From Leucoraja erinacea (taxonomy: Eukaryota), in NCBI RefSeq assembly GCF_028641065.1, contig NC_073380.1:32798001-32862000 (forward strand): a DNA stretch of 64,000 nucleotides. The letters are read 5' to 3'. Shown piece after piece: positions 10,926 to 23,060 of the stretch. The notes beneath the pieces were generated by a model. That model made no database searches. It worked only from the letters and a program-made list of their open reading frames with translations, and had not been told where the DNA came from. Each line of letters begins with the position of its first letter. The stretch's first letter is position 1. Made by a program: the position numbers and the translations under genes.

Positions 10926-12859
10926 CCTGAGTGCTTGAAACAGATATGCAAATGAATTATAAAATACAGCAGCATTCCATTCCACTTTGCTATATGATCA
11001 GTTAGCTATCATGGTCCTGAAGTGTGGGGCTGCATAACCATTGGAAGTGTTGGCGAAGTACACAGTATCAATGCAGACTATCATAAATTCTGAGAATAAT
11101 TTTTTTAGTCAGAGGATATAGATGGGTCTAAATTTATTTAAATAGACAGTGTAATGGGGATCTCAATCATCAGACTCCCCATGCAAACTAGTTGAAGAGC
11201 ATTAATTTATTTGGTAGAGCAAGCCTAGATTTTATTCTTTCCACATAGGGTTTCCTTGATTCACGCATGTGGCTCAAAAAATTCCCGGAGAAACCTTAAT
11301 AAAAATCCCTCTCAGTTAAATGCAGTCTACTAGTTGTTGTGGCAACAAGTTGCATCAGGAGAAAATCAGAGTGGAAATTCATGGACAGTCAACATTTTGG
11401 TTCATGTCTTAGAAAGCCACTAAGGACCTCTGGATATGAGGTACGAGCGACTGTGGCCTAGCTGAGAATCTGATGCTAAAATAAAGAGTGTTGGAAGAGG
11501 AACCTCAGGAAGAGCTGAGCAGCATCCTGTATGGGGAAATGGACAGTCAGTGTTTTGGATCTGGACCCTTTAGCAAAGTTGGTAGAACTCTGGAAAGACT
11601 TTACCACTAAAAAGGGCTATATCAGTGCATCATGCCCTTTAAGTGGGGGCTACAGACCATGGAAGTGCAGGTGAAACAGTTGAATGCAGTACTATCCAAG
11701 CTTCTGGAATAAGGTGCCTGTGCTGATGTAGATGGGCTGTATTTATCTTCATGGGGGCTGATATCTCAATGGTCAGGAGCCCCATGCAATGTACTGTAAG
11801 TCATTTATTTATTGCACTGCCTCACTTGGTCACTTGGGCACATGTTTCCTTACACACACGCACAATTTTCACGAATTTTCCACAAACCTTAATAAAATTC
11901 CCTGTTCGATACTGCATCTACCAATGTGTGGAATGTTGCACTTGAAAATCTGAGTGCCAATTCATGACCATGTTTTACCATGTCTTAGAAAGCCACTAAG
12001 ACCTCTGGATATGAGGTACGAGTGACTGAGGCAGCTGGAATCTGATGCTAAAACAAAGAGTGTTGGAAGAGGAACTCAGCAAGTTGAGCAGCATCAGTAA
12101 GGGAAATGGACAGTCAGTGTTTTGGATCTGGACCCTTTAGCATGATTGGTATCCTCTGGAAAGACTTTCACCACTAGTTCCGGCTATAGTGCATCAGCCC
12201 TTTAAGAGGGTACAGACTGGCTTAAACCACTTGAATGGTAGTAGGCCACCTGTGGAATCGAACCCTGTGCTGATGCCCAATGCGCCGTGTTGTTAGCAGG
12301 GGCTGATTGCAGAAGTCATGGTCAGGAGCAGACTGAATGTACTGTATGTCATGTGTTTCCTGCACTACATCAAATGGTCAATTGGGCACATGTTAATTAC
12401 ACCGTACAATTTTCACGAACATTTTCCAGGGCCCTAATTAGATTAATTTGTAGATTATACTGATTAATTTAGCTTCATCACCTTCGGAGTCCACACACAA
12501 TGACCTAAAATAACTGTTTTTCCCCTGTTCTGACATGATGTTGTTCCGATGTATTTTGGAACATCAAAATTTTTTTTGCTTTTTTTCCACAGTGATGAAT
12601 CTATTTAAATGTTTATGTCTACATGTTGTCACCAGTCTGCGACATTTAGACTGATATTTTTTTATTTTGTTGCTGAGCATCCCCCATCTTTATGCTTACA
12701 CATGGAAATCTAGATTTTTAAACAGAGGGGAGCACTTTGGCTGTCAGCTGCTAACAAACTATAAAGAGAGATGCTATATAAATAAAAACCAAAAATTAGG
12801 GTGGTTTATTGTATTATATTATTATTTATTAGTAACTCATTGGGGCAGGCAAGACCTCT

Positions 12860-13262
12860 AGAAAAGAAGAATGCGAAATTTCAGGTCGAGACCCTTCTTC
12901 TCGACTCCAGAGATGCTGCCTATCTGGCTGAGTTACTCCAGCATTTTATGTCTATCTTTAGTGTTCCTCCCTACAGCTTATAAAACATGACACCAAAGAT
13001 AGACGCAAAACGGTGGAGTAACTCAAAACGTTGGGAAGGGGGCGGGCGGGCAACCAGCGGCCTAAATCAGGGACAGACACAAAAAGCTGGAGTAACTCAG
13101 CGAGGTCAGATAGCATCTCTGGAGAAAAGGAATAGGTGATGTTTTGGGTCGAGGCCCTACTTCAGACAGAAAATTAGGGGAAAGGGAAACAAGAGATATG
13201 GTGATAAGGAACGAATAAATGAAAGATATGTAAAAAAAGTAACATTGATAAATGAAACAGTC
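12860..13262. mobile_element. Cluster of Penelope terminal-repeat fragments with degenerate hammerhead cores
   Basis: TTTCAGGTCGAGACCCTTCTTC near 12880, GGGTCGAGGCCCTACTTCAGAC near 13146, and GCTGGAGTAACTCAGC motifs. Confidence 0.7.
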
Positions 13263-14597
13263 ATAAGGTCATAAGTGATAGGTGCAGAATTAGTCCTTTC
13301 GGCCCATCAAGTCTACTCTGCCATTCAATCATGGCTGATCTACCTCGCCCTCCTAACACCATTCTCCTGCCTTCTCCCCAGATCATCTGACATCCGTACT
13401 AATCAAGAATCAACCTATCTCTGCGTTAAATACTGTATATTCACATCTGTTCAAATATACTGTATGTTCATCTCTGGATGAAGTATGACATCAAGGTTGT
13501 GAACAACCTGGTTCATTTCCATTCAGGTGTCAGGGAGCGGGATGGATTTGACTGTGATGGAACAAATTCTCAAAAAACCCCATTCACCTGCCTTCTCCCC
13601 ATAACCCCTGACACCCGCACTAATTGGTCCATTGTTAGCTGTGGGCATCAGGGACTGGATCAGACTGGGAATAAGGTAAGTGCAACGAGTGGCTAGAGGG
13701 TCAGGTTGCCGGAATAATTGGAGCTTGGAATAAGATGACCGAGGATTACTGGAGAGGGAGCCTGGGCAGAACTGCCGGTCGGGGTGGAGGTAGCTGGTCG
13801 TTTGAGGACGAGATCAATAATGGAAGTCTTGGGCTTGTGTCAGGAAGATCTCAGTACATCGAAGAAAGCCTTAAAGGATCAGAGGGAAGTATGATACATC
13901 TTACAAATCCAAATCCAGTCATGTTATGTTAACTGAGCTCCAAGTATGACCAGTCGTGGCTGCTCCCAGGGCAACACGGTCTAATTTCCCTTGCATGGAT
14001 CCCAACAAGGAATTTTTCACAGTGAAAGTTATCATAAATTCATAGAAAATCTACAGAGGATTGGATTTTCTGTGCGGGGCCTGAGTAATGTAAATATTTG
14101 ACTCATAGGAATGTAGGGTAGGTTTCGCAGAGCAGCAAAAATAGTTCAGTATTGTTTTATTACTGTCCGAGATGGACTGTGGAAGGCCATTGTTATAAAT
14201 ATCAGAAATATTCAGAAGGTCAGATATCATGTGTGGCGAGAGTAGAGTCATCAATTTGTGGTTCTAGACTTTTTTTATTTCAGATATCCAGCATCCGCAA
14301 TGTTTATGCTGTAAATGGCGGTACTTCTGATCTTTATTCAGAAAAACAAACTATGTACTGCATACTTAGCATCCTGTTGGAAAATGATACTCTGTATTCG
14401 CTGAGGTAGTTATTATGGATAAAACGTTGTGAATCCTAACGTGTTATAGTTAACAGCACAGATAGACACAAAGTGCTGGAGCAACTCAATGGGTCAGGCA
14501 GCATCTCTGGAGAAAAAGGATGGGTGGCCTTTCAGTCAGGTTTCCAGTCTGAAGAAGGGTATCCTTGGTATAAACCAGCATCTACATTTCTGTGTGT

Positions 14598-14765
14598 ATA
14601 CAATACAATACAATACAATTTATTTGTTATCATTTGAACCTCTTGAGGTTCAAACAAAATTTGGTTTCTGCAGTCATACACACAAGAAAAAGAACCAAGA
14701 CACAACACAATTTACACAAACATCCATCACAGTGAATCTCCTCTTCACTGTGATGGAAGGCAATA
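14598..14765 (-). mobile_element. Short 3' piece of the GC-rich Rex-tailed family
   Basis: (CAATA)n tail and two hairpins; close match to 44281-44455. Confidence 0.7.
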
Positions 14766-16268
14766 CTCTATAGTATATGAATATATAGTGTGTACTTTAA
14801 TTAGGATGTGTTTTCTAATGACTATTTTCTGGATTAGATGTCTAGCACTAGAAATGGTTGTCAGCAAAGCAATAATTCAAGAACAGAATAACCAGAATGA
14901 CAATGATTTGCCTCAATAAATGTACATTTACTTTGCTGATTTTAAACTACATCGTTTTTGGCATAGCTGGTGTATCAGGAGAAAGAAATGTTTGTATTTG
15001 TGGCTAATTGCGACACATAGAAAACTCAGACTGCAAGTTATGGTATTGGTCATTTCCTTTATTAATGACTGTTGTTGCAGTCAGACAGAACATGGCAAAG
15101 TCAGAGAGGAAGTTGGATAACAAGAACACCGAGATATGTCAAAACTTAATGTATTAACCTTGAGTTTGTATGTCCTTCCTGTCTACAAACCTCATGGCAT
15201 TGTCAAGTTTTTGACTATAATACTGATTTAAAGTGAAGACAGTCTATGCAAACCTTATGTGATGTAATTGTATCCTTTGGAGGCAATGCAATTCCTCAGC
15301 ATTGATTGAGCCTGTCAATTTACAAGCCTGCAGAGAAACTCCAATCCTCCAACATGCTCCTTAGATAGCAGGCACTAAGAACAAGGAATGAGAGCATGAG
15401 TAGGCTGTACAGTTCTTTGAGTCTGCTTGGCTGTTCAATGAGATCATTGCCCCAGCTCTACTCTTCCGCTGGTTCCTATGATTCCCCAAATCGACCAAAA
15501 ATCAGTTTTATCTCAGGCATGACTGCTGTATGCAGAATACTCAAGTATAATAAAAACCTCTGCTAACAGCAAAGTAATTCAATGTCTTCAGCTCTCTGGT
15601 GTAGATAATGCCAAAGATTCACAGCACTCTGAGCGAAGAATTTCCTCCATCTTTATCTTAAAAGGTAGACCCCTCATCTAAAACTGATCCCTAGTTTTTT
15701 TAATGTAATGCCATGAGGGAAGATGACCTCTCAGCTACTAACATCTCATGCCCCTATTTTGCTAGCTTCAGCTCTTCTTCTGTGCCAGTTCCCCATAACC
15801 TTCAATTCCTCATGTTCTCAAATGTTTATCTATCTTTATCTTACTATGTATTTAATATTTTGTCCTCCACCATCTTCTGGAGCAGGAAATTCCCGAGATT
15901 CACTTCCTCACGAGGCAAATCCATCATCTCAGCTAATTCAGTACAAAATTAACCTATTTTGTACTAAGTTGTAAAATTGAAACTATAAATTACCATACAG
16001 GCATAGAATGGGTTGCTTTAAAATCTATTTACATGCTCTGCACTAACAACTTACCAGCTCTATTGCCAGTTGCAAGTGAAGGCAATAATATATAACATCG
16101 ATCATATTAACAAAAGCACATGTTACAGGGTAGACACGGATGCGACTAGTTGTTACTAATTTGAAAACATGATTGGACATTTCCTGGTGTATTTTACTAC
16201 TTTTGAGTACCAGCAGTTCTGGCCACTGACACAACATGTTACAAGGCCATCTCTGGAGAGAAATGGGT

Positions 16269-16296
16269 GACGTTTCAGGTCGAGACCCTTCTTCAG
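16269..16296 (-). ncRNA. Minimal type I hammerhead ribozyme-like core
   Basis: Reverse complement reads CTGAAGA-A-GGGTCTCGACCT-GAAA-CGTC. Confidence 0.55.
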
Positions 16297-16554
16297 ACTA
16301 GTCAGGGGAAAGGGAAATGAGAGATATAGATAGTGTTGTAGAGAAATATAAAACAAACGAATGAAAGATGTGCAAAAAAATTACAATGATAAAGGGAACA
16401 AGCTATTGGAAACAAGCCAATGTTTCCTTTTTTATCATTGTTACATTTTTGCATATCTTTCATTCATTTTTTCTACATCTCTCTACAGCACCGTCTATAT
16501 CGTTTGTTTCCCCTTTCCCCTGACTAGTCTGAAGTAGGGTCTCGACCCGAAATA

Positions 16555-18234
16555 CAGGTGCACAACCTTTTATCCGAAGTTCCAAATAACGAAAACCTCC
16601 GAATAGCGACATTTTTTCAGTCCTTGAAGAAAGGTCCTTGAAAACGTTCACCGAGGGCAGCCCGCAGAGGTGACAGCGGAACCTCCGGTCGGTCCTCGAA
16701 GAAAGGGGAACTAAATCCCCATTCATAAAAGAGAAGGTGAGGGTATATTGCGCGGGAGGGTTAATAATTGACAATCTGCTGCTGCCTGCCCGCTGAGTTA
16801 AAGTTCCCACGGTAGACTCACGATACACAGTGTATCGTGAGTCTTGCATGAGAACTTTTAAACTCAGCGGGCAGGCAGCAGCAAATTGTCGCTCCCTTAA
16901 GTTTCACCCCACCTACACCCCTCTGCTTCCAGGCCATGTGTGTGACCCCTTCCCTCCCCTCTCCAGCTCCCCGCCCATTGCACCGGCGCGGGGGTTTTGC
17001 GCTGTCTTCACGTCGGAGCTAGTGCCAGTCACCGGAGACGTCAGGACCAACGGGACACCGGCCCCCAGGCCCACTGTAAGCATGGAGATCCCAGAGACCC
17101 ACAGCCAGCAGCAGCCCAGCCCCGTTCCAATTCCAGAGGAACACACTTCCCGTAGGGACCGAAGCTGATGGTGCAAGGTGCGTCTTGGTCTTGAGGTTGC
17201 GGATGAGGGGGCGCAGCTCGGGCCGTGACGTCTCCGGCCACCCCCCTATACAGGAGCTGAGACTGGGAACTGTGAGGTTGTTTGCAGTTGCAGAGGGAGA
17301 GGGCAAGGGCGGTACAGTTCCCAGTCTCAGCTCCATTCCAGGGGGGTGGCCGGAGATGTCAGGACCAATGGGACACCGACTGCAAGCACGGAGATCCCAG
17401 AGACTCACAGCCAGCAGCAACTCTAGCCCAGCCCCGCTCCAACTCCAGAGGAACCCGGGTCGCGGATGAGGGGGCGCAGCTCGCGCTGTGGGCGAACTGC
17501 CACTTGTCGCTGTAGCGGCGCATCGGGGAGCGGGTTCCTGTTGGTCCTGACGTCTCCGGCCATCCCCCTGGACAGGAGCTGAGAGACGTCAGGACCACCA
17601 GAAGCCGCTCCCCGATGGGCCGCTACAGCGACAAGTGGCAGTTCGCCCACAGCCCGAGCTGCGCCCCCCCACCCCCCATCGGGACAACGACCCCCAGGCC
17701 CACTGCAAGCCCGGAGATCCCAGAGACTCACAGCCAGCTACAACTCTAGCCCAGCCCCGCTCCAACTCGGGTTGCGGATGAGGGGGCGCAGCTCGGGCTG
17801 TGGGCGAACTGCCACTTGTCGCCGTAGCGGCCCATCGGGGAAGCGGATTCCTCTGGAGTTGGAGGGACAGGGAGACACAGCGGCTTTTGAGAATGGTGGG
17901 CAATCACTTCCAAAGTTCTGCCCACACAGTCAGTACACCTCTCCTACACTTGTCTCCCGCACTAAGATCATCTCGCAGAGAATGATCCCAGCCTAACCCT
18001 CCCTATTCTCTCCTATTCTGCAAGAAAAAACTCCATTGAAGACTCAAACTCGCGATCGAGTAACTGCCGGGATCGAGGCGCAAACTCGCGACCTTGCGGA
18101 TATGAGCCGAGCACTCTACCACTGAGCCAGCCGTTAAAATCTACGCTAAAAATCTTCCATTCCGAAAGCCGAAAAATTCTGAATTACGAAAAGTGTCTGG
18201 TCCCAAGGCTTTCGGATAAAAGGTTGTGCACCTG
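16555..18234. mobile_element. Non-autonomous Tc1/mariner-superfamily (pogo/Tigger-like) DNA transposon, 1680 bp
   Basis: Perfect 24-bp TIRs CAGGTGCACAACCTTTTATCCGAA (16555-16578 and 18211-18234); TA TSD at 16553-54 and 18235-36; no transposase. Confidence 0.9.
18061..18136 (-). other. tRNA-like (CAT anticodon) or SINE-head module inside the DNA transposon; probably not a functional tRNA
   Basis: TAACGGC-TG-GCTCAGTGGTAGAGT-G-CTCGG-CTCATAT-CCGCA-AGGTC-GCGAGTTTGCGCCTCGA-TCCCG-GCAGTTA. D-arm and A-box intact, B-box disrupted. Confidence 0.6.
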
Positions 18235-18639
18235 TATCACCCAATCCTTCTCTCCACAGATGCTGCCTGGTCCGCTGAGTTACTGCAGCATTTTGTGTCT
18301 ACCTTCGGTTTAAACCAGCATCTGCAGTTCCTTCCTATAGATGTTACGAGCAGTTAGTACAGTATAAGCTTTGATCAGTTTAGTAATAAGGAGATTGAGT
18401 ACAATGCGGACATTGTCTCTGGAACTGGCGCACTACAATGCTGTGAACTACAAGCTTCACTGTGTATCTTCCCCTTTGCCGCTCCAAATGTACTTTAGTT
18501 TGGCTTAATTGCATTTATGTATAGAATTATCTGACAATTAGCTAGCATATCCAACATAGCTTTTCACTGCACCTTGTTACACGTGAGAATAATAAACATA
18601 AACCAAAAAGCAGGGTGGTTTATTGAACCCCTTTCAAAC

Positions 18640-18855
18640 ATTGGAGTAACTCAGCAGGACAGGCAGCATCTCTGGAGAGAAGGAATGTGTGATGTTTTAG
18701 GTCGAGTTCCTTCTTCGTGGTCAAGACCATTCTTCTTGACCCGAAATGTCACCCATTCCTTCTCTCCAGCGATGCTGCCTGGCCTGCTGAGTTACTCCAG
18801 CATTTTGTGTCTCTCTTTGGTGTAAATCTGCAACTGCAGTTCCTTCCTACACCTT
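18640..18855. mobile_element. Palindromic Penelope terminal-repeat module, degenerate
   Basis: TGGAGTAACTCAGCAGG...CATCTCTGGAGAGAAGGAATG is mirrored by CATTCCTTCTCTCCAGCGATG...CTGAGTTACTCCA. Confidence 0.75.
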
Positions 18856-18962
18856 CAGATTCAGATTCAGATTCAGATTCAATTTAATTGTCATTGTCAG
18901 TGTACAGTACAGAGACAACGAAATGCATTTAGCATCTCCCTTGAAGAGCGACATAGCAAACG
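18856..18962 (-). mobile_element. Rex1 3' tail
   Basis: Near-identical to 10163-10268 (TTCAGA repeats, GAGACAACGAAATGCATTTAGC). Confidence 0.75.
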
Positions 18963-19097
18963 AGGGGATCGTTGCTATTTTTCCCATTCTAGGGAGACAC
19001 AGGGCGTCGCGGTGTGCCCGCGCCGCCGCCATTTTAGAAAACTGTATCTTCTGAACTAACTGAAACATTGTCTGGTCTACATGGAAGATAAACATAA

Positions 19098-19298
19098 GCA
19101 TGTCTGGGGAGAAGGAATGGGTGATATTTCGGGTCGAAACCCTTCTTCAGACCTGAAGACCTTAGACAGTCTGAAGAAGGGTCTCGACCTGAAACGTCAC
19201 CCATTCCTTCTCTCAATATTCTGCCTGTCATACTGAGTTACTCCAACATTTTGTGTCTATTCTCGGTGTTAACCAGCACCTGCAGTTCCTTCCTACAC
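19098..19298. mobile_element. Palindromic Penelope terminal-repeat module with opposed hammerhead cores
   Basis: Minus-strand core at 19123-19150 and plus-strand core at 19171-19198. Confidence 0.8.
19171..19198 (+). ncRNA. Minimal type I hammerhead ribozyme-like core
   Basis: CTGAAGA-A-GGGTCTCGACCT-GAAA-CGTC with a GUC cleavage triplet. Confidence 0.55.
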
Positions 19299-20946
19299 AT
19301 TACCTGATCTACAACTGGTGTATTTCATTATTGTCTCCAGATTTTTGGAGGGTGATGAAGGTCCTAGAAAGGGTTCAGAAGATATTTATTAGATTGGTTC
19401 CAGGGATGAGCTTTAAGGTTAGACTGGAGATGATGGGATTGTTCTTGGAGTAAAGGAGGACAAGATGTGCATGGGATATTGTACAAGGTAAGAGGTATTG
19501 TAAACTGGTCAGTTCAAGGATTTTTCATTGTTCAAAATTTATAGTGTTTGGCATACATGTGAAATGTGATTGTCACATTCAGAAAAAAATTAGTGCCCAG
19601 GCTAATGCTATTTCGTAATGCTGGTTACCATTGAAAAACACAATGAAATGAATTGACTTCACTGCATAGAGCTTTGTGTAAAGACCTTTGCTTCTGACAT
19701 TATTATGTGGTATCCATCAGACATTTCAGCTGATATTGAAATATAATGCAGTTTTGGATATGATTAGGTGTATTATTCAGAACAATTGATTAAAATATGA
19801 CTAGTAATTGTACAACTATTTACACATATCTACTGTATCTTAAAAGAATGCAACACCTTTGAGAATTGACTTAGCTTTAATTATTTCAAATCTGTATTCT
19901 AACAAATACAGCTGTTACAAAGTTGAGAGGGGGTGCAGCTTGGCACAGCCTCAAGATGTTTGTGTTCAGTCAAGTAATTCTTTGTGATGTGATAACTACT
20001 GGCAGGATTTCATGGTGAGTTCTACATCTTTGACAGACATCAGCCCTGTCGACCAGTACTTCTAAATTTTGTTTGAAGGGAATACCGGGAAAGGTTTTTT
20101 TCTTTACCTTCTGCTTTTCCTGTTGCTGGAATAAAACCCCCTGCCAACTACCATCTAAATCAATGCCATGTCAGCATGTTCCTCAGTCCGAAGGTCATTT
20201 CAACATCTGGCCACACAGTCTTGTCCTTTAAGGTTTTTGATTGGACAGCATCTGTTCAGAGGTCCCATTCTCAACCTCCCTTTGATTACTTTGACAGTAA
20301 AAATAAGCTTCTATTACATTTGACATGCTAACAGTCAAACTTCAGAATGTATTTATGATGAGCACAAGGAATGAGTTAAGTAGTTGTTTTACTCTAGTGA
20401 GTAACAGGTTAACAAAATAAGCTATTATCAATTAATCCCTGGAGAGGGCCAAATTATTTTGGGAGGTACTGCTGTCCTTGCAACACAATATACCCAGGTT
20501 TTCATATGAAAAACAAAATTAAAACTAGAAAATATAATGGCAATCAAATTATATAAACATTTAAGCAAATGCTATTTACATTTACAAGAATATTTTTTGT
20601 CTGGGAAGTGGGGAAAACTGGAATATTGTTATTGAGACATTACCTGCTTACATATATCAACACAATTTGCAATGTGACCTCTTGCCTTTAAAACAGATTT
20701 GTCAAGCACTCCTTCCTTGACATTCGTGACTGTCTTGAAAACACGATCTAGGTCCCAAGAGAAGATGGAACGATCTGCAGCACGAGGAAGGCGATGTTAC
20801 TGGCTGTAGGGCTGGAGACATATAAGCCATCAGTGAATTTGCCAGCAGAGCAAGCAATGCATGAAGACTCTCAACACAGTTCCTTCACAGAACGGAGAGC
20901 AAAGGGCCTTATACAGTATTTATAACAAGACCAGAAGAAAGAGTTA

Positions 20947-21768
20947 AGGGCCTGTCCCACATAGGCGATTTTTTTCGGTGACTACAGGCAACTAGGCTGT
21001 TGCCACATGGTTGCGGGGTGATGCCTCTATGTTCGTGAGGTTTCTCCTCAAGTCGCCTAAAGAGTCGTAACTTTTTTCTTGTCGCCGCTGGATTTTGAAA
21101 TGAAAAAAAAAATGTTTCGGCAATTGTAGGTTTGACGTAGCTTATCTTTTGTTGTATGTGCTGTCGTAGGTTATTGCCAGGATGACGCAGGTTGGCGCCA
21201 AGTGATGACTTCACTGAATTCCATTGGCGACTACCTACATCAACCGGCGGCAGGTACCGGCGACTGAATTGTCTTCAGTTGTCGCAGACAGGGTCGTAGC
21301 TTGTTGCGGGTGGACGTAGGTTGACTTCGGTTGTCGTAGGTCGTCGCAGGTGTGGTCGTAGGTGGACGTCCTAATGGGTCGCCGGTTGTTGGTAGCTTGC
21401 CGTAGCTTGATGTTGACTAGGTGGTAGGTTATCCTAGACATTGTCGTTCGGGGGGTCCAGTCGCCGGTTTACGGCAACCTGCTATGACTGTGACTGTCGT
21501 TGACAGTCGCCGAAAAAAAATTCCCCTAAGTCGGACAGAGAGTTGCGAGTCTGTGGAATTTTCTGCTGGAGGCCGATTCTCTGGATACTTTCAAGAGAGA
21601 GCTAGATAGGGTTCTTATAGATAGCAGAGTCAGGGGATATGGGGAGAAGGCAGGAATGGGGTACTGAATGGCAATGATCAGGCATGATCACATTGAATGG
21701 CAGTGCTGGCTCGAAGGGCTGAATGGCCTACTCCTGGATCTATTGTCGATTGTCTATTGACAGGCCTT
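20947..21768. mobile_element. Harbinger MITE with a CR1 3' fragment (about 21538-21758) inserted in its right TIR
   Basis: TTA|AGGGCCTGTCCCAC...TAAGTCGGACAG[CR1]GACAGGCCTT|TTA. Confidence 0.75.
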
Positions 21769-21829
21769 TTAGGGCCAGCCAACACTGATTGATGCGCAGA
21801 AGAATCTATTTGATGCAGAGGCCTTAATA

Positions 21830-22500
21830 TTTGGAAAGGGACATCGGGTCATTTCACCCTTTTGTTATTTTTAGTGTGTCAAAAGTATTGTTTTTAATGT
21901 TTCTTAATCTTTTTTATGTGGGGGTGGGGGAAGGGGGAACCCGGTTTCACAGTCACTTCCTGGTCGAGGATGTTTCTCCGAGTAGCGTCTTTGCGCCCCA
22001 CCCCCCCCCCCCCCCCCATCTGCATCGGGCGCGACCTTTCCTGCCGGAGATCGGCCAGAGCTTCAGCGGCTGCGCAGCACTGGATTCCATCGCGGAGTGG
22101 ATCAATGCCTTATTGGGGATCGCCGGAGCTCCGGAGAGTTGGGCCAGCTGATCAACACCGTGGAGCTGTGTTTTGTGGAGGTTCTAGCCACGGGCGGTGT
22201 TGACTTTAACATCGCGGAGTCCTGGGATCTTTTGCCGAGGGTCGCCAGCGTTGAATCACCGTCCAGTTCGGCCTGTGGACTTCGGGATCCGCTGTCTCCG
22301 GTAGGAAGTGGCCGATTCGGAAACTCCAAGTCGCTGAGAGTGTTCTCCATTCCGACGCCAGTGCTCCGATCATCCCGGCGAGAGGGCCTGAACATCTGGC
22401 CGCCCATAGCAGCAACTGCGGAGAGCTCAAAGGCCCCGACCACGGGTGAACAAAGAGGAAGAGGACTGAACTTTATTGCCTTCCCTCACAGTGGGAAACA
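21830..22500 (+). mobile_element. GC-rich non-coding element related to 8243-9146, 3'-truncated
   Basis: Ends ACTTTATTGCCTTCCCTCACAGTG, which is the start of the family's subterminal hairpin. Confidence 0.45.
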
Positions 22501-22509
22501 TTTTTGTCA

Positions 22510-22645
22510 GTCTCCCTACCTGCTTCCACTACCTGCAACCTCCGGCAACCACCTGCAACCTCCGGGAACCGCACGGAAACCTTTGGTGGGGCTCAAAGTC
22601 TCAAGAGGTTTCCGTTCAGGTTTCCTAAGTGGGACAGGGGCATTA
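22510..22645. mobile_element. Harbinger MITE right end
   Basis: CCTAAGTGGGACAGGGGCA followed by TTA; resembles the TIRs at 6690 and 20947. Confidence 0.55.
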
Positions 22646-22878
22646 GGCTACATGGTCTCAAGGCAGGAATGATAGGGAAAAGTATTGTGGAGAATAGTCA
22701 TGGAAGGATCTCCAGAAACTGCGATGCTGCAAGCAGTGGTTTCTTGGCACCAGCAGATGAGCCTGCCACATGATAGTGATTGTAATAAATGATCGCTCTG
22801 TAAAGATGGTTGCTGACAAGGCCATGGTCTGTTCAAAAATGGGTCAAGACACATGAGCAGATGTTTCTAGTTTACATG

Positions 22879-23060
22879 CATTTCACTCGGATCATGGACT
22901 ATAAACCATTGGTGGCCATTTGTGCACCAAAGTCTATTATTCCAATGATGCCATCTGCAGCACTGCAGTAAAACATTATCTTGTTGCATCTGGGTTACTC
23001 CACGGAATATTAATATTGCAGCAGATTACAGTTGCTGCAGATGTGTTGTTCCAACACCAA
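22879..23060 (+). pseudogene. Gypsy/Ty3 LTR-retrotransposon RNase H relic
   Basis: Translates HFTRIMDYKPLVAICAPKSIIPMMPSAALQ*...ADVL, resembling the FTLxTDHKPLxxI...AAARLQRW...NADxLSR motif. Confidence 0.6.

Larger units (their letters stand above)
16248..18340. mobile_element. Palindromic Penelope-derived element split by a DNA transposon insertion
   Basis: 16248-16400 is the reverse complement of 16425-16552 joined to 18237-18265; one hammerhead-type core on each strand. Confidence 0.75.

Noticed and set aside
18061-18136. Functional tRNA-Met gene
   Set aside because: Anticodon stem pairs only 3/5, the T-loop/B-box is broken, there are extra bases before the acceptor 3' strand, and it is embedded in a transposon
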